Origin: Phoronis australis
Lineage: Eukaryota; Animalia; Phoronida
Reading direction: 5' to 3'
Length of the DNA: 64,000 bases
NCBI GenBank assembly: GCA_002633005.1
Contig: NMRA01000009.1
Coordinates: 35,484 to 99,483 of the forward strand
Part shown: positions 50,299 to 63,873 of the stretch, piece after piece
How positions within the stretch are numbered: the stretch's first letter is position 1
Layout: every line of letters starts with the position of its first letter
Notes under the pieces: generated by a model
The model's database searches: none
What the model was told of the DNA's origin: nothing
What the model saw: only the letters and a program-made list of their open reading frames with translations
Position numbers and translations under genes: made by a program

Positions 50299-52540
50299 CT
50301 GAAAACATACAACCAGATATATACCAGTTGACATCGCAACTGCAGCGTGGAACATAACACCTGAGATTTACCATAGAGCGCCCCTGCCACAATGTCAGGA
50401 ACGGGCTCCTTCCGCATAACTCCCTGGTAAAACTGACAAGTTAAATACAGGGCCGCCATTAAAAAACATTTGAAATACGTCAATAATTTTTTTAGGTTTT
50501 ATGATGGTTTAGGTTAACGAATGTTTTACAGTAACAATATGGATGGAGTTAGTAGCCTTACTTAATCTAACTGAAAGATGGCTAATTTTTACCTTGATTA
50601 TGATGTTGTATGTGGTTTCAGTAAGGAACAACCTTCATTCATTTTCTGTAACTAGCAATGCCCATTTGTGTTCTTTGCCAAATAATAAAATGTCAAAAAG
50701 CAAAAAATGTTTTAACCCTGTCGGGGTGTTTAGTTCCAACAATGTTTGAAATATTCTGATCCTAGTTTACATCTGAAAGTGATACAGATCCTGGTTTACA
50801 TCTGAAAGTGATACAGTTGGTCTGCATGAATATACAAGACTGTTAGAAATGTTGCTAAATGTACGTCATTGTTTTAACCTATTTGTGGAGTGTGACTGAC
50901 ACACATGTCTGCCAAAATTCAAGAATTTGATGCTGAAATCTAGAATGATTGCATTGCAGAGATTACAGAACATTACAGTCAAGGATGAATTCTGTTTTAC
51001 CATGTTAACGTGGTTTGACGCATTTTGCCAAAAAACACTTAAACACTTGTTTTATGACATTGCATAAAACATTTGTAATTGATTTTGTTTTTCAAATAAC
51101 TGATTAAAAAAGAGGCGCCATCAAATTTCACAATGACGTCATACTAAACAAAAGGAACACACAAGTGTATGCATTAGGTATGATAAACTTATCTTAGATT
51201 GTTCACATTAACTAAGAACGCATTTACGCTCACGGTGATGTCAATACGTTTTCAAGGACAACATGACTGTCATTCAGGAATCGTTGCTGAACTGATGCAC
51301 AAGAACTCAGGTCACGGAAATAGATGGGAATAGTCGATGATATTCTGACCTCGGCCGAGGTACAAAATTGTGCTCAAAAGGGCTTTTAGTTTGATAACAG
51401 AAAGGATGTGAACATTATGGCATATTGCATATTACTAAATTTGGTATGTATTTTTAAGTTTTTGAACTAGATTACCCTTTGATGGTAAAAGCCCTGAAAA
51501 TATATCCTAATAGGGCAATAATTTTAGAAGTACTCAATTCAATTACTTGTTGAATTTAATACTGAACTAAATACTTAGTTTGTGTTCTTATTCTAATGAA
51601 GGTAATATTAAACATCACAAAGATAACGTTTGAACCGATAAGTTGTGAAAACATAAGCAACCAGTCAACAGGTAAAAAAATGCCACAACAGTCATTAAGA
51701 CAGTAAAGCCATGCGTGATCTAAACAAGACACCTTTGAGTAGTGAAGCATAAAATTTGAGTCGTCTGTAATTTCATGCTGAATGCCACTACACAATGAAC
51801 TATAACACGCCTTTGGGCGGAAGATGGCTTTCAAATGGGCAAGTCTTCAAGCAGTTTTTGGTTTGAAATTGTTAAGGGCGAAATTCTAACCTTTTCTCCG
51901 AGTCTCATTCACATCAATCAGAATCAAATTAAAATCAAATATAAACTAAAACATCAAAGAATTCAACTTGGCCAGAGTAAGGGGCACCGGCATGTGTCAC
52001 ACAACAATAAACTCTAGTTAACAATAGTAAACACAAGGATTTTTGAATTTTCTGGCTATTTAATAGTCTCAATATAGCTCACCCAAGGACAATGAACGGA
52101 ATACTTTTGATTAGCCGACCAGAACAGCCCAAGGCGCGATACCTTAAGGTCATCAAGTACAATGTAGACAGGAGATGAAGCCAGGAAGCACTAAGCTATG
52201 TTTATAGTAACATGGTGCATCTCAACCCAGAGGAATCAGACAACTTTATTTGACAAGATAGATCAACATCTTTTGTTAATACCATTGGAAACACATGTGA
52301 CATTTTATTTAGAATACAGGGTCTTGACTTTCTAGCCTGTGTTACCCAACAGGTTTTTCAAATAATTCTGGTATGTAATGCATTAGCACCAGTTCCTGAG
52401 ACTGCTAAGCTAGGAAAACTTAATAACATAAAGATTTGGACAGTAATAGAAAACAGCACTGGCTTGAATTAAAAGTGGCAACACATGAAAGGAATTGGAG
52501 ACTATAAACTGTTCTGCATAATCATACAGCTCCGCCCTCA

Positions 52541-52550
52541 CCTTTGATCT
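52541..52550 (+). promoter_or_regulatory. Consensus TCF binding site in TCF intron with adjacent Helper-like GC motif
   Basis: CCTTTGATCT preceded by tccgccc (52531-52537). Confidence 0.35.
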
Positions 52551-52806
52551 TGGGACTTAATCAAGCCAGTCACAGATTGCTTGACCTCTAAGTGTACTAG
52601 GAAACATTCTATCATTTTTTATCTCTGGTTAGACTGGAGAATTAATTCATTTCCACTTTGAGCAAACAGCCAAAAATTTCCCAGAAATTCATGATGTAAA
52701 ATATTTTATCAAGTCTCAAACTATGCCATCACATTCATGAACAAAATAAAACAAAAAAATTAGGATACAACACATCAATACTATAAACAACCATCCTTCT
52801 GCTTAC

Positions 52807-53019
52807 CTATGAGTTTCGTGTGAATTTAGAGATACAGGAATTTCTTGCTTTGGTCCCGGCGTAATGATCGCAGGTGGTGATATGCCCGGCGGTGTAAGAC
52901 CCGTATGTGGAAAGACACCTGGTGGCGAGAACCTAGCTAACGTAGAGTTTGGAACTAAACCCGTGGCATACGGTGACCTGAAGGCTGCCGTGGTGATTGG
53001 ATAGCCTGGAGTACCTTGC
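52807..53019 (-). CDS. TCF7L2: TCF context-dependent regulatory domain exon
   Basis: (W)QGTPGYPITTAAFRSPYATGLVPNSTLARFSPP...PAIITPGPKQE; phase 2/2. Confidence 0.95.
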
Positions 53020-54187
53020 CTGAAATGGAAACTATCCATGTCATGTCTGGTAAAAATTCTTCAATTTGGCAGAAAATATATTTCCGCAAAATCCTGTTTT
53101 CCTATTTTTCAAGGGTTACTACATTGCAACAAATGTTCAAAATTTCACCAAGTGTTCAAAATATCACCAAATGTTCTTTTTAAAAAGAAAGACCGTGCAA
53201 ACCATGTTAATAATGAAATAAAATTTCTGATCATTTATTTGTGTTAAATTTTTTTTTGACTATTTAACACCTCTTCCCCGCCATTTTGTCTTAAATTGAA
53301 GAATATTTTACTGCAACACAACTCCACAATGATATACAGTGATGTAAACAATATTCAGAGACAACAACTCATGAACACACAAATGCATCAAGCCTGTTTA
53401 AGACATATGAGCAACACAGCAACCCATATCAAAATTGCGTGTGAATGACTTCGCAACATGTCGTGGTCTGTGTTGCAGGCGTCGCCTGACAAGTTGCGGA
53501 ATAATCCAGCAACTGCAACTTCTTGGGTGACATTGTTAGCCGGTATGACACTTGTGTGATGTCACGTTACTTTTCAACACACCTGTTACAAAACTTTTTG
53601 GCTGACAATCTCATTCATCCGCCACAAGACACAGTGTATGTTTCTCACTTTTACAAAATGAACTTAACTCCAGATGTGCCACAAGGTAACTCATTTGAGT
53701 CGAGAGTTTTTACACTTCTCTCCATAACTGCCAAATAATAAGAGACAACCCGGGAAATCCTTTTGTTGAATTTTTGGTCAGACTGAGTTAACTAATAGTC
53801 ACAAAATCAAATGTAAGAGAAGACTAACACTAACCCACAAGAGCCAGTATGTGACTGAAGGTCAAAAAGACTGGAAATAACAAAACGTAAAAATAGGATA
53901 TAGCAACCTCAGAATTTGAACGACACAGGTTAAGTACACGACATCGGAAGTTCTAGGATGACACAAGGGGGCTGTAATTGCAAATCTAGGGTAAACTTCT
54001 GACAACGACACGCTAGCAATGTTTTTTCAGATCTTAATACCCTGCGAGTTGGAATCGGACGTTACCTGGATTCTCGAAATGTGAAATGCATCCAGTGGAA
54101 AAATCACTATTCTGACAATAAGTTTCGTGCAAAATAATGAAGAATTACTATTAACTCTAAACTGACATAGATTAAGATTCTTTACTA

Positions 54188-54360
54188 CAAGATAACTCGT
54201 TCGCATACAACATGAAGTGACTTACCATTGCAAGATAACTCGTTCACATACAACATGAAGTGACTTACCATTGCAAGATAACTCGTTCGCATACAACATG
54301 AAGTGACTTACCATTGCAAGATAACTCGTTCACATACAACATGAAGTGACTTACCATTGC
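54188..54360. repeat. 43-bp tandem repeat (4 copies) containing a TCF 5' splice site
   Basis: unit caagataactcgttc(a/g)catacaacatgaagtgacttaccattg. Confidence 0.95.
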
Positions 54361-54445
54361 ACTTGTGAGAATTCTGGACTGTATAAAGGATGAGGAAACT
54401 GAGCTGGAGCAGGACCAAAGGGTAACATGGACGCACGGGGTAAAC
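54355..54445 (-). CDS. TCF7L2: TCF exon
   Basis: (G)LPRASMLPFGPAPAQFPHPLYSPEFSQVQ(W); phase 1 to 2 joins DPKTG exon to WQG exon. Confidence 0.92.
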
Positions 54446-57400
54446 CTGCAAACAGTCACCAAACACTTTAGGTAAGGATTAGCAATCAGCAATGGTTCAT
54501 TGGAAGTAAGGCAAAAGCATACCAGTTTCCTAATACAGATAGTTGATGCTTTATCTGGAGTGTAATTAGAAATCTGCATCACTTGTGTGGGTACAAGAAT
54601 GTGCCAAGTTAAATTCTCAAACCAGAGACAAACTAATACTGCCAGTCACATGGCAGATTCCAAAGAACAACATTGTCTATACCAGAACATCACCACTGGT
54701 TAGTTTTGACATGAGTTAAAAGGGGTCACCATAATTAAGTTCAAAAGGCAACCCACAGAAAGACTGTTATGCAAATTTGAAGCTTATGATGTAATCATGT
54801 TACAGCGAGCTTAATGAGAATGTGATATTTAATCGGTACAAAAAAGTTCGACTGCCGTCCAGTAGACATGTGACTTGAATAATGTGACAGCAGATATTAC
54901 AGTTAACAAATTGGAACAGAAATGATATCTTTTCCATCAATTTCAAATCAACACTAGAACACGATACTACAGAACGATACAGTAAACTGAAACAAACTAC
55001 AACAAACTACAACAAACTACGACAAACTACACACAACTTGTTCATGTAGCATCAGTGTCACATAACACAATGTAATAATTTGGAAACTCTTTAAAATATT
55101 AATTAGACAATTCCATTTCTCTTATAATCACCACAATTGGGATTACCATAAAAAGCTTTCAATTATTCTGAAAGGTTATTTCAGACAAGTGAAAGCAAAA
55201 AAGTAAAAAACTACATCGGTATTACACTGATAACATGAAATAAAAATACAACAAAATAAATAGTAGGGTATGTTCAAAACAAGGTTAAATCTTAAACAGG
55301 TGGCTAGTTAATAGCACAGTTTACATTATCCATCAGAGAGGACAAATAAATTAAGTTAATGACTATGAAGAACTTGCTGGACCACAGACTAAGTAGGGCT
55401 AATAAATACAAAGGTGTAAAACTACCTCAACAAGAGTGTTTATCAGACTACACCAACAAGAGTGTTTATCAGACCCCACTGCAGTAAAGCTGTGACCACC
55501 ATGTATTCAGACAACTGTAAAATCTCACTTTTGAACATAAAAATGCTAAAACTGGTCTTTTTCATTATTCAAATGTTTCTTTGCAAAAACCAGAAATACC
55601 AAATAATTGAACAAGGAACAATTTGAGACGAATTTCATAACAGCAAACAGTCAAAATCAAAAGTTGTTGTTTGTGATGTAAGACGGGTTTATAGCTGCTT
55701 CAAACAAAGAATTGTTTTAAATGAGATTGTAATTCTGTGATATCTGACCTTTCTGTGTCAAAGAAAAATAGCACAGAGTTTCCAACTTAACAGTGTCTCA
55801 TAAATTGTATGTTGTTTAACTGAGCAAATCCACTCTATGTTTGTATGGAATAGAGATGACTAATACTCTGGCATTGTTCTAAAAAGGCATAACTACTTCT
55901 TTTCTATCCAGACAAAACTGTTTATTCATCCATTTAAGTTTAGGGTCAAGATGATCTTAAAATTGCCCTCAATTATGCTGCAGAACAAGGGTGCAGAAAA
56001 CAAAAGAGTGAGATGTGTGGCAGACTAACAAGGCCAGTGGCCAAGTGGCAAGACACAGCAGACTGGGATTATGGAGACCCTTTGAAGAAACTATGTCAAA
56101 TCTGACACTTAGGCCAACCATTGAATAGAGGTCAGGTGAAATCAAGTCCTGTGACACAAACCAATGACGAACATTAATTTCACACTAACAATATAAATAC
56201 AGCATGTCCCTCATAATTATTGAAGTTAATTTTCAGCTTGCTGGACAATTTTCATGATTTTGGTGCACAACTGTATGCCTGTGGTTAGTGTGGGTATGTT
56301 GACTTGATTCAAGAGCTGTCAATCACATTGATAGCATTGTACTCCTGTGTTCTCCCTAGTACACAGTAGGACAGAGGATAAAAGCAAACAGGCTTTATCA
56401 GGCTCTTTCACAGTCAGTCAGCAGCAGGATACCTGCTTTTGTTAGAGCCACAGAGACTGGTCATTAATAACTGGTTGCCACTTTTAATCACTAAAAGCTA
56501 CCCAGCAATACCCCCATTCACCAGCTCAACCAACTACAAAAAAGACCAAGTAAGATATTGATCAAAGAAAAATCAAAGCCAACTTGCAAGAAGTTTTAAA
56601 TTTCAACAAAACGCTCTTTCCTTAAAACAATCCCAAAACACTGAACTATGAATTGTGATCATTAGAGAATGGGTGAAGAAATAACAGTGCAATCTAAAAA
56701 TGAAAAACACCCACATGAAGAAAAAGAGGCATTATTCAACATATCATATTTTAATATTTTAAAATATGTTCTCAGTTAACAAGTACAACTGCAAAGCAGC
56801 TGCTGTCCCTAGACCAAAATGTTTGCAGATTTTTTATTAAAAAATACGCCTGTACAGAGTTGTAGGCTTCATGGCCATTTGACCTAATGGTAACATGCTA
56901 TTTCACCACAAGTTTATCTAACCCCACTACAGGGCAGTATTTTTGTAAGCACATCTTAAGTATTTGAAATCCTCTTGGGAAATGGGCTAAGTAGCTATCC
57001 CCAACATTCCGCTATGTTATTTCAACGTCTCAGATTTGTCACATTTTTATTTATACACGACATAATAAATCTGTCTCCGAGATCAATACATAACTGTTAT
57101 GACTGTGTGTTAAAATGTACACAACTCCAGTTGCTGTTGATTACCCCAAGGGGACAAAGTGCCACATGCAATCCATGAACAAATATTTATTAATTTACTG
57201 CACTAATACAACTCAGGCACACCATTGCAATATTAAACTAATCATCTTCACGCACACTCCTCTAACATAATTTGTCACTGCACAATCATTTTTGTTTGAC
57301 GCAGAGTTAAGAAGGTTGAACAGGAAACAAGTCCACCTTGTGTTAGTAAAAAGACAGCAACACACCATCACATAACTAACAGGTTAAAGTGGATATCAAA

Positions 57401-57558
57401 AAAGAGACAACAATATGCGCCATCACAGATGTTTCAAAATGCATGCTTTCTTAAATCACATTTTTGTATAAAATAGCCAACGCGTAATAGAAAAATCAAT
57501 ATACTGTAACTTCAATATCAGTAAAACAATATGTTGGAAGTACGAAGATGGGCTTTGT

Positions 57559-57820
57559 TTCAATGTCCAGTTAAAGATAAATAGCCAGACCAAAGAGCAG
57601 CAGTTCTACTGACTGACAAGTCATTCAATGTCCTGTTAAAGATAAATAGCCAGACTAGAGAGCAGCAGTTCTACTGACTGACAAGTCATTCAATGTCCAG
57701 TTAAAGACAAATAGCCAGACCAGAGAGCAGCAGTTCTACTGACTGACAAGTCATTCAATGTCCTGTTAAAGATAAATAGCCAGACCAAAGAGCAGCAGTT
57801 CTACTGACTGACAAGTCATT
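57559..57820. repeat. ~65-bp minisatellite, 4 copies, followed by a 44-bp repeat array split by the solo LTR
   Basis: unit ttcaatgtccagttaaagataaatagccagaccaaagagcagcagttctactgactgacaagtca. Confidence 0.93.
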
Positions 57821-57950
57821 TACACCACTTACATAGCAGTGTTTCTGTATTGTAAAGCTGTATTCACATCACTTTTGGTAGCAGTGTTTCTGTATGGTAA
57901 AGTTGTATTCACACCACTTTTGATAGCAGTGTTTCTGTATGGTAAAGTTG

Positions 57951-58593
57951 TGTAACGGGGGCGGTATCTACGACCAAGGCGCCCCGATTTTACGAGCCCG
58001 GTGCGGACTGAGGGTGATGTTGAAAACTAAAAGTTGGTGAATAATACATAGGTTTATTGTAAGAATATATAACTACAATTCCACACTTACAAGCAATTCA
58101 GTTGTTCCATAACTTAGTATCGCAGCGTTGTGATTTATACAGTTCTGATACACGGGCAAGCCAGTCGCTGATTAATAGTTGTGTGTGCAAGAACGGGGCA
58201 ATTTGGTTATTCAGATCCGAAAGGTGAGATGCAATCAAGCTCGGGAGGAGCCCGAGAATTGCATGGGGCTAAACTATTGGCAACCAAGTTCGGGAGGAGC
58301 CCGAAAGCTGCACAAACAGTCGCAATTTGGTGTGAGTGAAAGTGTACATGTTTGCTTCTTGAACTCTGCGACTGGACTCCTCGTGTCTGACAGAGACAAA
58401 GCTTAAGTACACAATTTCAACCAATCAGACACGATCTGACGGGCAAGGCCCATAGCTCCTAGCTTCTGACCATATTTGGCCATGTTCAAAGGACTCAACA
58501 TCATAGGAAAATTCCATACGTAATACACAGCTTGACCACTAGAGGGCGCATATATCTTACTTACATAATCATGTCCAGGGCACTCCTGTTACA
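57951..58593 (-). mobile_element. Solo LTR (Gypsy-like), 643 bp, 4-bp TSD gttg
   Basis: TGTAAC...GTTACA ends, gttg at 57947-57950 and 58594-58597, AATAAA on - strand at 58053-58058. Confidence 0.88.
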
Positions 58594-59078
58594 GTTGTAT
58601 TCACACCACTTACATAGCAGTGTTCCTGTATTGTAAAACTGTGTACATACCAACTACACCTGGTTGTAACTCATTCTCTAGTTGTACCTGTTATGTAACC
58701 ATTACAGTTACAACCATTGTAACCTTGTCAGTGCTTTCACTTTCCAATTCACTCCAGTTAGTCCTTCTGTGCACCATTGTTTCCAATGAGATTTGACAGC
58801 ATGGCTGCCTAGTCATGTGTTCACACTGAGACCATACAATGTCTTACTAAACCACCATTACAGAGGCTTATAAACAAGCTACAGATACAATTTTAAAACT
58901 GGTTTTAAGGTTTTCAGACAGAGAGGTATAATAAGCTGGAAATTGGATCTAATCGTTATAGCTACTTAGGTGTGAACAGGGTACAAGTCCAAAATCATTA
59001 GTAATTATCAGGCGGAACAATGGCAGTGATGTTCCTTTGTTGTTAACCACCATAGTAACTATTTAGTGAACTGAGGAA

Positions 59079-59401
59079 CAAACTGAAGAACAATATAAGG
59101 GATATCAAAGTGAAGAACAATATAAGGGATATCAAAGTGAAGAACAATATAAGGGATATCAAACTGAAGAACAATATAAGGGATATCAAACTGAAGACCA
59201 ATATAAGGGATATCAAACTGAAGAACAATATAAGGGATATCAAACTGAAGACCAATATAAGGGATATCAAACTGAACAATATAAAGGATATCAAACTGAA
59301 GACCAATATAAGGGATATCAAACAGAAGACCAATATAAGGGATATCAAACTGAAGACCAATATAAGGGATATCAAACTGAAGACCAATATAAGGGATATC
59401 A
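59079..59401. repeat. 27-bp minisatellite, ~12 copies
   Basis: unit caaactgaagaccaatataagggatat. Confidence 0.97.
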
Positions 59402-60049
59402 CCAAATAAAGCAAAATTTCATTAATTTGGGGCACAGATCATTGCCAAAATTGAACATTTTTTCAATAACTTCTAACTTAAATTTCCTTAATGTTTCAAA
59501 TATTGTTTAAATTTTGTTTAAATTTTATATATTGACGAGAATTTGCGAATAGTAAAGAATTCATTTGATGACACTTATCCTTTATCAGCAAAATTAGAAA
59601 ATAAACATTTCTAAATTTGTGAGATTTGACCCTGATGAATTGTACCACTCCAAGTTCAAAAGCCATGAATGGCAACAAAACAAGACTAAGAGTACTACTG
59701 TAGGTAGAGAATGGTCAAGACTGATCAGTGTTGGTGTTGATCTTGTAGTTGGATGTACCATACCTTTGATGGTATACAGCACACATGGTTAACTTGTGTT
59801 CTCATGGATTTCAATTAAAGTAATGTAATGAGCCATAATTAGTGAGATCTATGTCATCAAAATTAAGGTTTGTGTGTGAGAGAATTCCTGGAGCTATTTA
59901 CAAGGAAAGCTTCAATTATTATGAAAATAACCCCTTCTTAATGAACCTGTTGGTGTGGTGGGTCACCCCTAAGGCAACTGCAAGTTCATATATGCAACAA
60001 AACAGTTGAAAAGTCTAAACTACAAGAGTAAACTTGTATAACTTATCAT

Positions 60050-60310
60050 CCTTAACCAGATAAAAATAACGATCATATTCAATAAAAAACTAGCTCTTAT
60101 TGTCGTCAAACGTCCACTTCATAGTAAGAACATACATGCCAATTTTCACAATCATCCTTTGAGCAGTTTGGTTGATAGAGGGGTGGACGCAAAAAACAAA
60201 CTCGAAAACAGTAAAAACAGCCACTAGGTGGCGCAAACTACGTCGAATCCATCCAAAAACCGAAGGATAGCGTCATCTCACAAATAGGTGCCTACATACC
60301 AAATTTCATG
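60050..60310. mobile_element. HINE-like repeat fragment (same family as 17168-18780)
   Basis: acatacatgccaattttcacaatcatcctt...ccactaggtggcgca matches 17930-18100. Confidence 0.7.
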
Positions 60311-60984
60311 CTTACTGCGCATGGACCTGCATTTTTAACTTCTACCTACGAACAAATTCCCATTGACCAAGTCTCCCCAAAATGCCGACGTTACAGGGAA
60401 AGGGTCAAAGGCTCATTATCATTCCACTAATTATATATTATGTGCAAGAAGTCTAATCCCAAACTGGTTTGTCACAGAAACTGAATAAAAGTGAATTTTG
60501 GTATTCATTATCAAGCACTGAAGGAACATTGCCACATTTTAATCATGCATAAAGTCTGACGCCAGACAATTTCTAATATTTTATGAAAATGTTTTCTGAT
60601 GAGATAATCGCGCTGTCAGGCACAAAAGACCATCCAATTTGACTGAATAAATGAATTGTACATGCTAAGAACTACTCTGTCCTTTTGATTATCTAACAAC
60701 TCATTCATCAGTGCAAGTTCTTTAAAAGCAACTTGAGACTTATTCAATACAAAGCACTCCTGGACAACACCAAAACTTCGAAAACAAAACAATCAAGAGT
60801 TGGAGTACCTTTCTGTTTTGGCCAAATAGAAATGCAAAAAAGGAAACAAGGTGAAATTCATTAGAGATAACAATGGTATAAAGAGGAGGCCTACCAGACT
60901 AAGATGACCATGCAGCTAGGGCATGTAGGAAAATGATGGACAGTTCAGCAGATCTCACTAGCCTGTTTCACACTGCCTGAACAA

Positions 60985-61260
60985 AGGACCACTTCCTGTC
61001 TCAACGCAGCACTGGACACACTTCCTGTCTCAAAGCAGGACTAGACCCACTTCCAGTCTCAATGTAGGACTGGTCCCATTTCCTGTTTCAATGCTGAACT
61101 GGTCCCACTTCCTGTCTCAATGCTGGTCTGGTCCCACTTTTTGCCTCAATGTAGGACCGGCCCCATGTCCTGTCTCAATGCTGAACTGGTCCTACTTCCT
61201 GTCTCAACGCAGGACGTCCTACTTCCTGTCTCAACGTAGGACTGGACCCACTTCCTGTCT
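60985..61260. repeat. Degenerate ~29-bp minisatellite
   Basis: unit cacttcctgtctcaatg(c/t)aggactggtcc. Confidence 0.85.
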
Positions 61261-62124
61261 TTTCAACATTATGGTTTCTTCTACTGAACACAATTTTGCA
61301 GAAAAATGGAATTGTATTTTGTTGTAATTCTCAACAAAAAGCAAAAAGAAAGTTCTACTTTGAAAGGCCTTACACTGTGTAGATCATCATAACGGGTACA
61401 TTTTTATGATTTGTGACATGTTTTCTTAAACATTACATTCCATTTCCAATATTAACAACTTCAATGGACAGCAGCCATGACTATGTGAGCTCTGAACTTT
61501 GAAGAACAGAAAAAATGACCCAATTTTTAGCGAAATTAAAGAAACTTCCCATGGGGTAATGGGCAGGCTCAAAGACAATACTCATCAACACCTTTCACTG
61601 AAAAACAATGTTTGCTAACCAAGCATGGATGGTGATTACAACTACTAATACTGGGTCCTCAAAGAAAACGTTGTAACACTATCAGCTTCACCTCATCACT
61701 TGCGCACAAATGGAGCTAAAAAATCAAACAAGAGGACCCGAGCAGCTTTCAGCAAATTAAAATTCTTGTAGAAAAACAAGACCTTGCAAAATCACACAAC
61801 TGAAATGTAAGAATACAAATACATTGCAGCAAATGGCTGCCACTGAATGACTGATGTGATTGATTGGAGAGGTAGGAATGTTGACTGCTTATGGGATAGA
61901 ATCAAACAACACGGGATGAAATTCACTGTCTCCATTTCATAAGTGAATATTTTTAGCCGCAAGTTCAAGTTAAGGTGTTGGGGTCTACAGAACACAGCCC
62001 AGAGCTCGAAGTAGGAGAATACCAGAGAATGCCCTGCAGGACGCCTCAATAGGCACGAGGCAAGTAACTCCTACTATAGGTAAAGACCTGCTGCCAACCC
62101 GTATATTGCCAGGTAACTAAGCAC

Positions 62125-62600
62125 TCCATCCACACACCNNNNNNNNNNNNNNNNNNNNNNNNNNNNNNNNNNNNNNNNNNNNNNNNNNNNNNNNNNNNNN
62201 NNNNNNNNNNNNNNNNNNNNNNNNNNNNNNNNNNNNNNNNNNNNNNNNNNNNNNNNNNNNNNNNNNNNNNNNNNNNNNNNNNNNNNNNNNNNNNNNNNNN
62301 NNNNNNNNNNNNNNNNNNNNNNNNNNNNNNNNNNNNNNNNNNNNNNNNNNNNNNNNNNNNNNNNNNNNNNNNNNNNNNNNNNNNNNNNNNNNNNNNNNNN
62401 NNNNNNNNNNNNNNNNNNNNNNNNNNNNNNNNNNNNNNNNNNNNNNNNNNNNNNNNNNNNNNNNNNNNNNNNNNNNNNNNNNNNNNNNNNNNNNNNNCCA
62501 TACACACACCCCATCCACACACCCCATCCACACACCCCATCCACACACCCCATCCACACACTCCATCCATAAACCGCATCCATACACCACATCCATACAG
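62125..62600. repeat. ccatccacacacc short tandem repeat spanning assembly gap (62139-62497)
   Basis: same unit on both sides of N run. Confidence 0.9.
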
Positions 62601-63268
62601 AGATCAAAGCAAGCTTAGATTCAAAAACATCAAAGTGATCGCCAGACCAAATCACAAGTTTTTGATGGAAACTTTATCTGCTGACATTCACGCACAAGTC
62701 ATCCTTGGCCATACCAGAAACACACAGGCTAGAATACCTAAATCAATCGCACGAGTCAAGGAACATTAGAAACACCACAACACCAGTTTATGAATTCAAT
62801 AGTGTCATCTTGCCTGACCAATAGGGATTTCAGGCTGAGATAAATACCACTGATACTGAAATGAGTACACTTCACTTGTACGGTTATAAATACGATGAAC
62901 TACATTGACCAAAAAACGTAGATGCATGACTAGGCGAGATGTGGTGAGAATTCTATAGTATCCGAGACACAACATACATTCTGTAGTATTCGAGACACAA
63001 CATACATTCTGTAGTATCCGAGACACAACATACAGAATTTCAACAATGTGCTCAAATTTCATTGTTAAAAATTCATAAATTACACAAACTAGACAGAAGT
63101 ATTGCAGTAAACAATAATTTATCAAAAAATCACTTTGTTAGTGAACTTTCAAAGGTTAGAGAAAGAAAAAAAGTGATTAGACAGACAGAGCAACCCAATG
63201 TCACAGTGACCTTTTCTAGCAAGATCAAACTCTCTCCCAGAAAATCACCATGACACTGCTCATGGTGG

Positions 63269-63507
63269 GCTCACAACACTCATCATGAATGTGTGCTCAC
63301 AAGACCGATCATGAATGTGTGCTCACAACACTCATCATGAATGTGTGCTCACAACACTCATCATGAATGTGTGCTCACAACACTCATCATGAATGTGTGC
63401 TCACAACACCAATCATGAATGTGTGCTCACAACACCGATCATGAATGTGTGCTCACAAGACCGATCATGAATGTGTGCTCACAACACCGATCATGAATGT
63501 GTGCTCC
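63269..63507. repeat. 26-bp minisatellite, ~9 copies
   Basis: unit tcatgaatgtgtgctcacaacac(t/c)(c/g)a. Confidence 0.97.
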
Positions 63508-63672
63508 AACAACTGTCAGAAGTGAACTATTTCAAGCGACCGTTTTAAAGACCCATATCAGTAGTATAATATATGCAATCAACTTTTTCTCAAAAAGTAC
63601 ATTTTAAATTCCTAACTGAAAATGAGCCCTGATGCTGTGATGGATTGAGTTTGTGCACTTAAACTGACTTAC

Positions 63673-63802
63673 CTGTTTTGGGATCTATATGTACAGGAGG
63701 TATACCCATGTGTGCAGGAGGTGGTGATGAGAAGTGGTCATTATTGTACATGACCAGACCAAGTCCAGGATGAGAGGGAGACATCATGCCCATCTTACCA
63801 CC
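63673..63802 (-). CDS. TCF7L2: TCF exon with Groucho-binding-region motif (gene continues beyond window end)
   Basis: GGKMGMMSPSHPGLGLVMYNNDHFSSPPPAHMGIPPVHIDPKT(G); tgcag / GTAAGT. Confidence 0.95.
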
Positions 63803-63873
63803 CTGCAAGTAAACAAGCATGAGTCTTCACATGGCGCACCAAAAAGGAAAACATTGAAGCAACATCTTTATTT

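Noticed and set aside
54066-54111. Possible extra TCF exon (tcag...CAG|GTAAC on - strand)
   Set aside because: 46 nt frameshifting, weak polypyrimidine tract, no TCF similarity
59043-59435. Hydrophobic repetitive 130-aa ORF resembling a membrane protein
   Set aside because: Translation of a 27-bp intronic minisatellite; no splice or domain support
63269-63507. Regular 25-30-bp repeat arrays as possible CRISPR arrays
   Set aside because: Head-to-tail units without unique spacers, no cas genes, eukaryotic context
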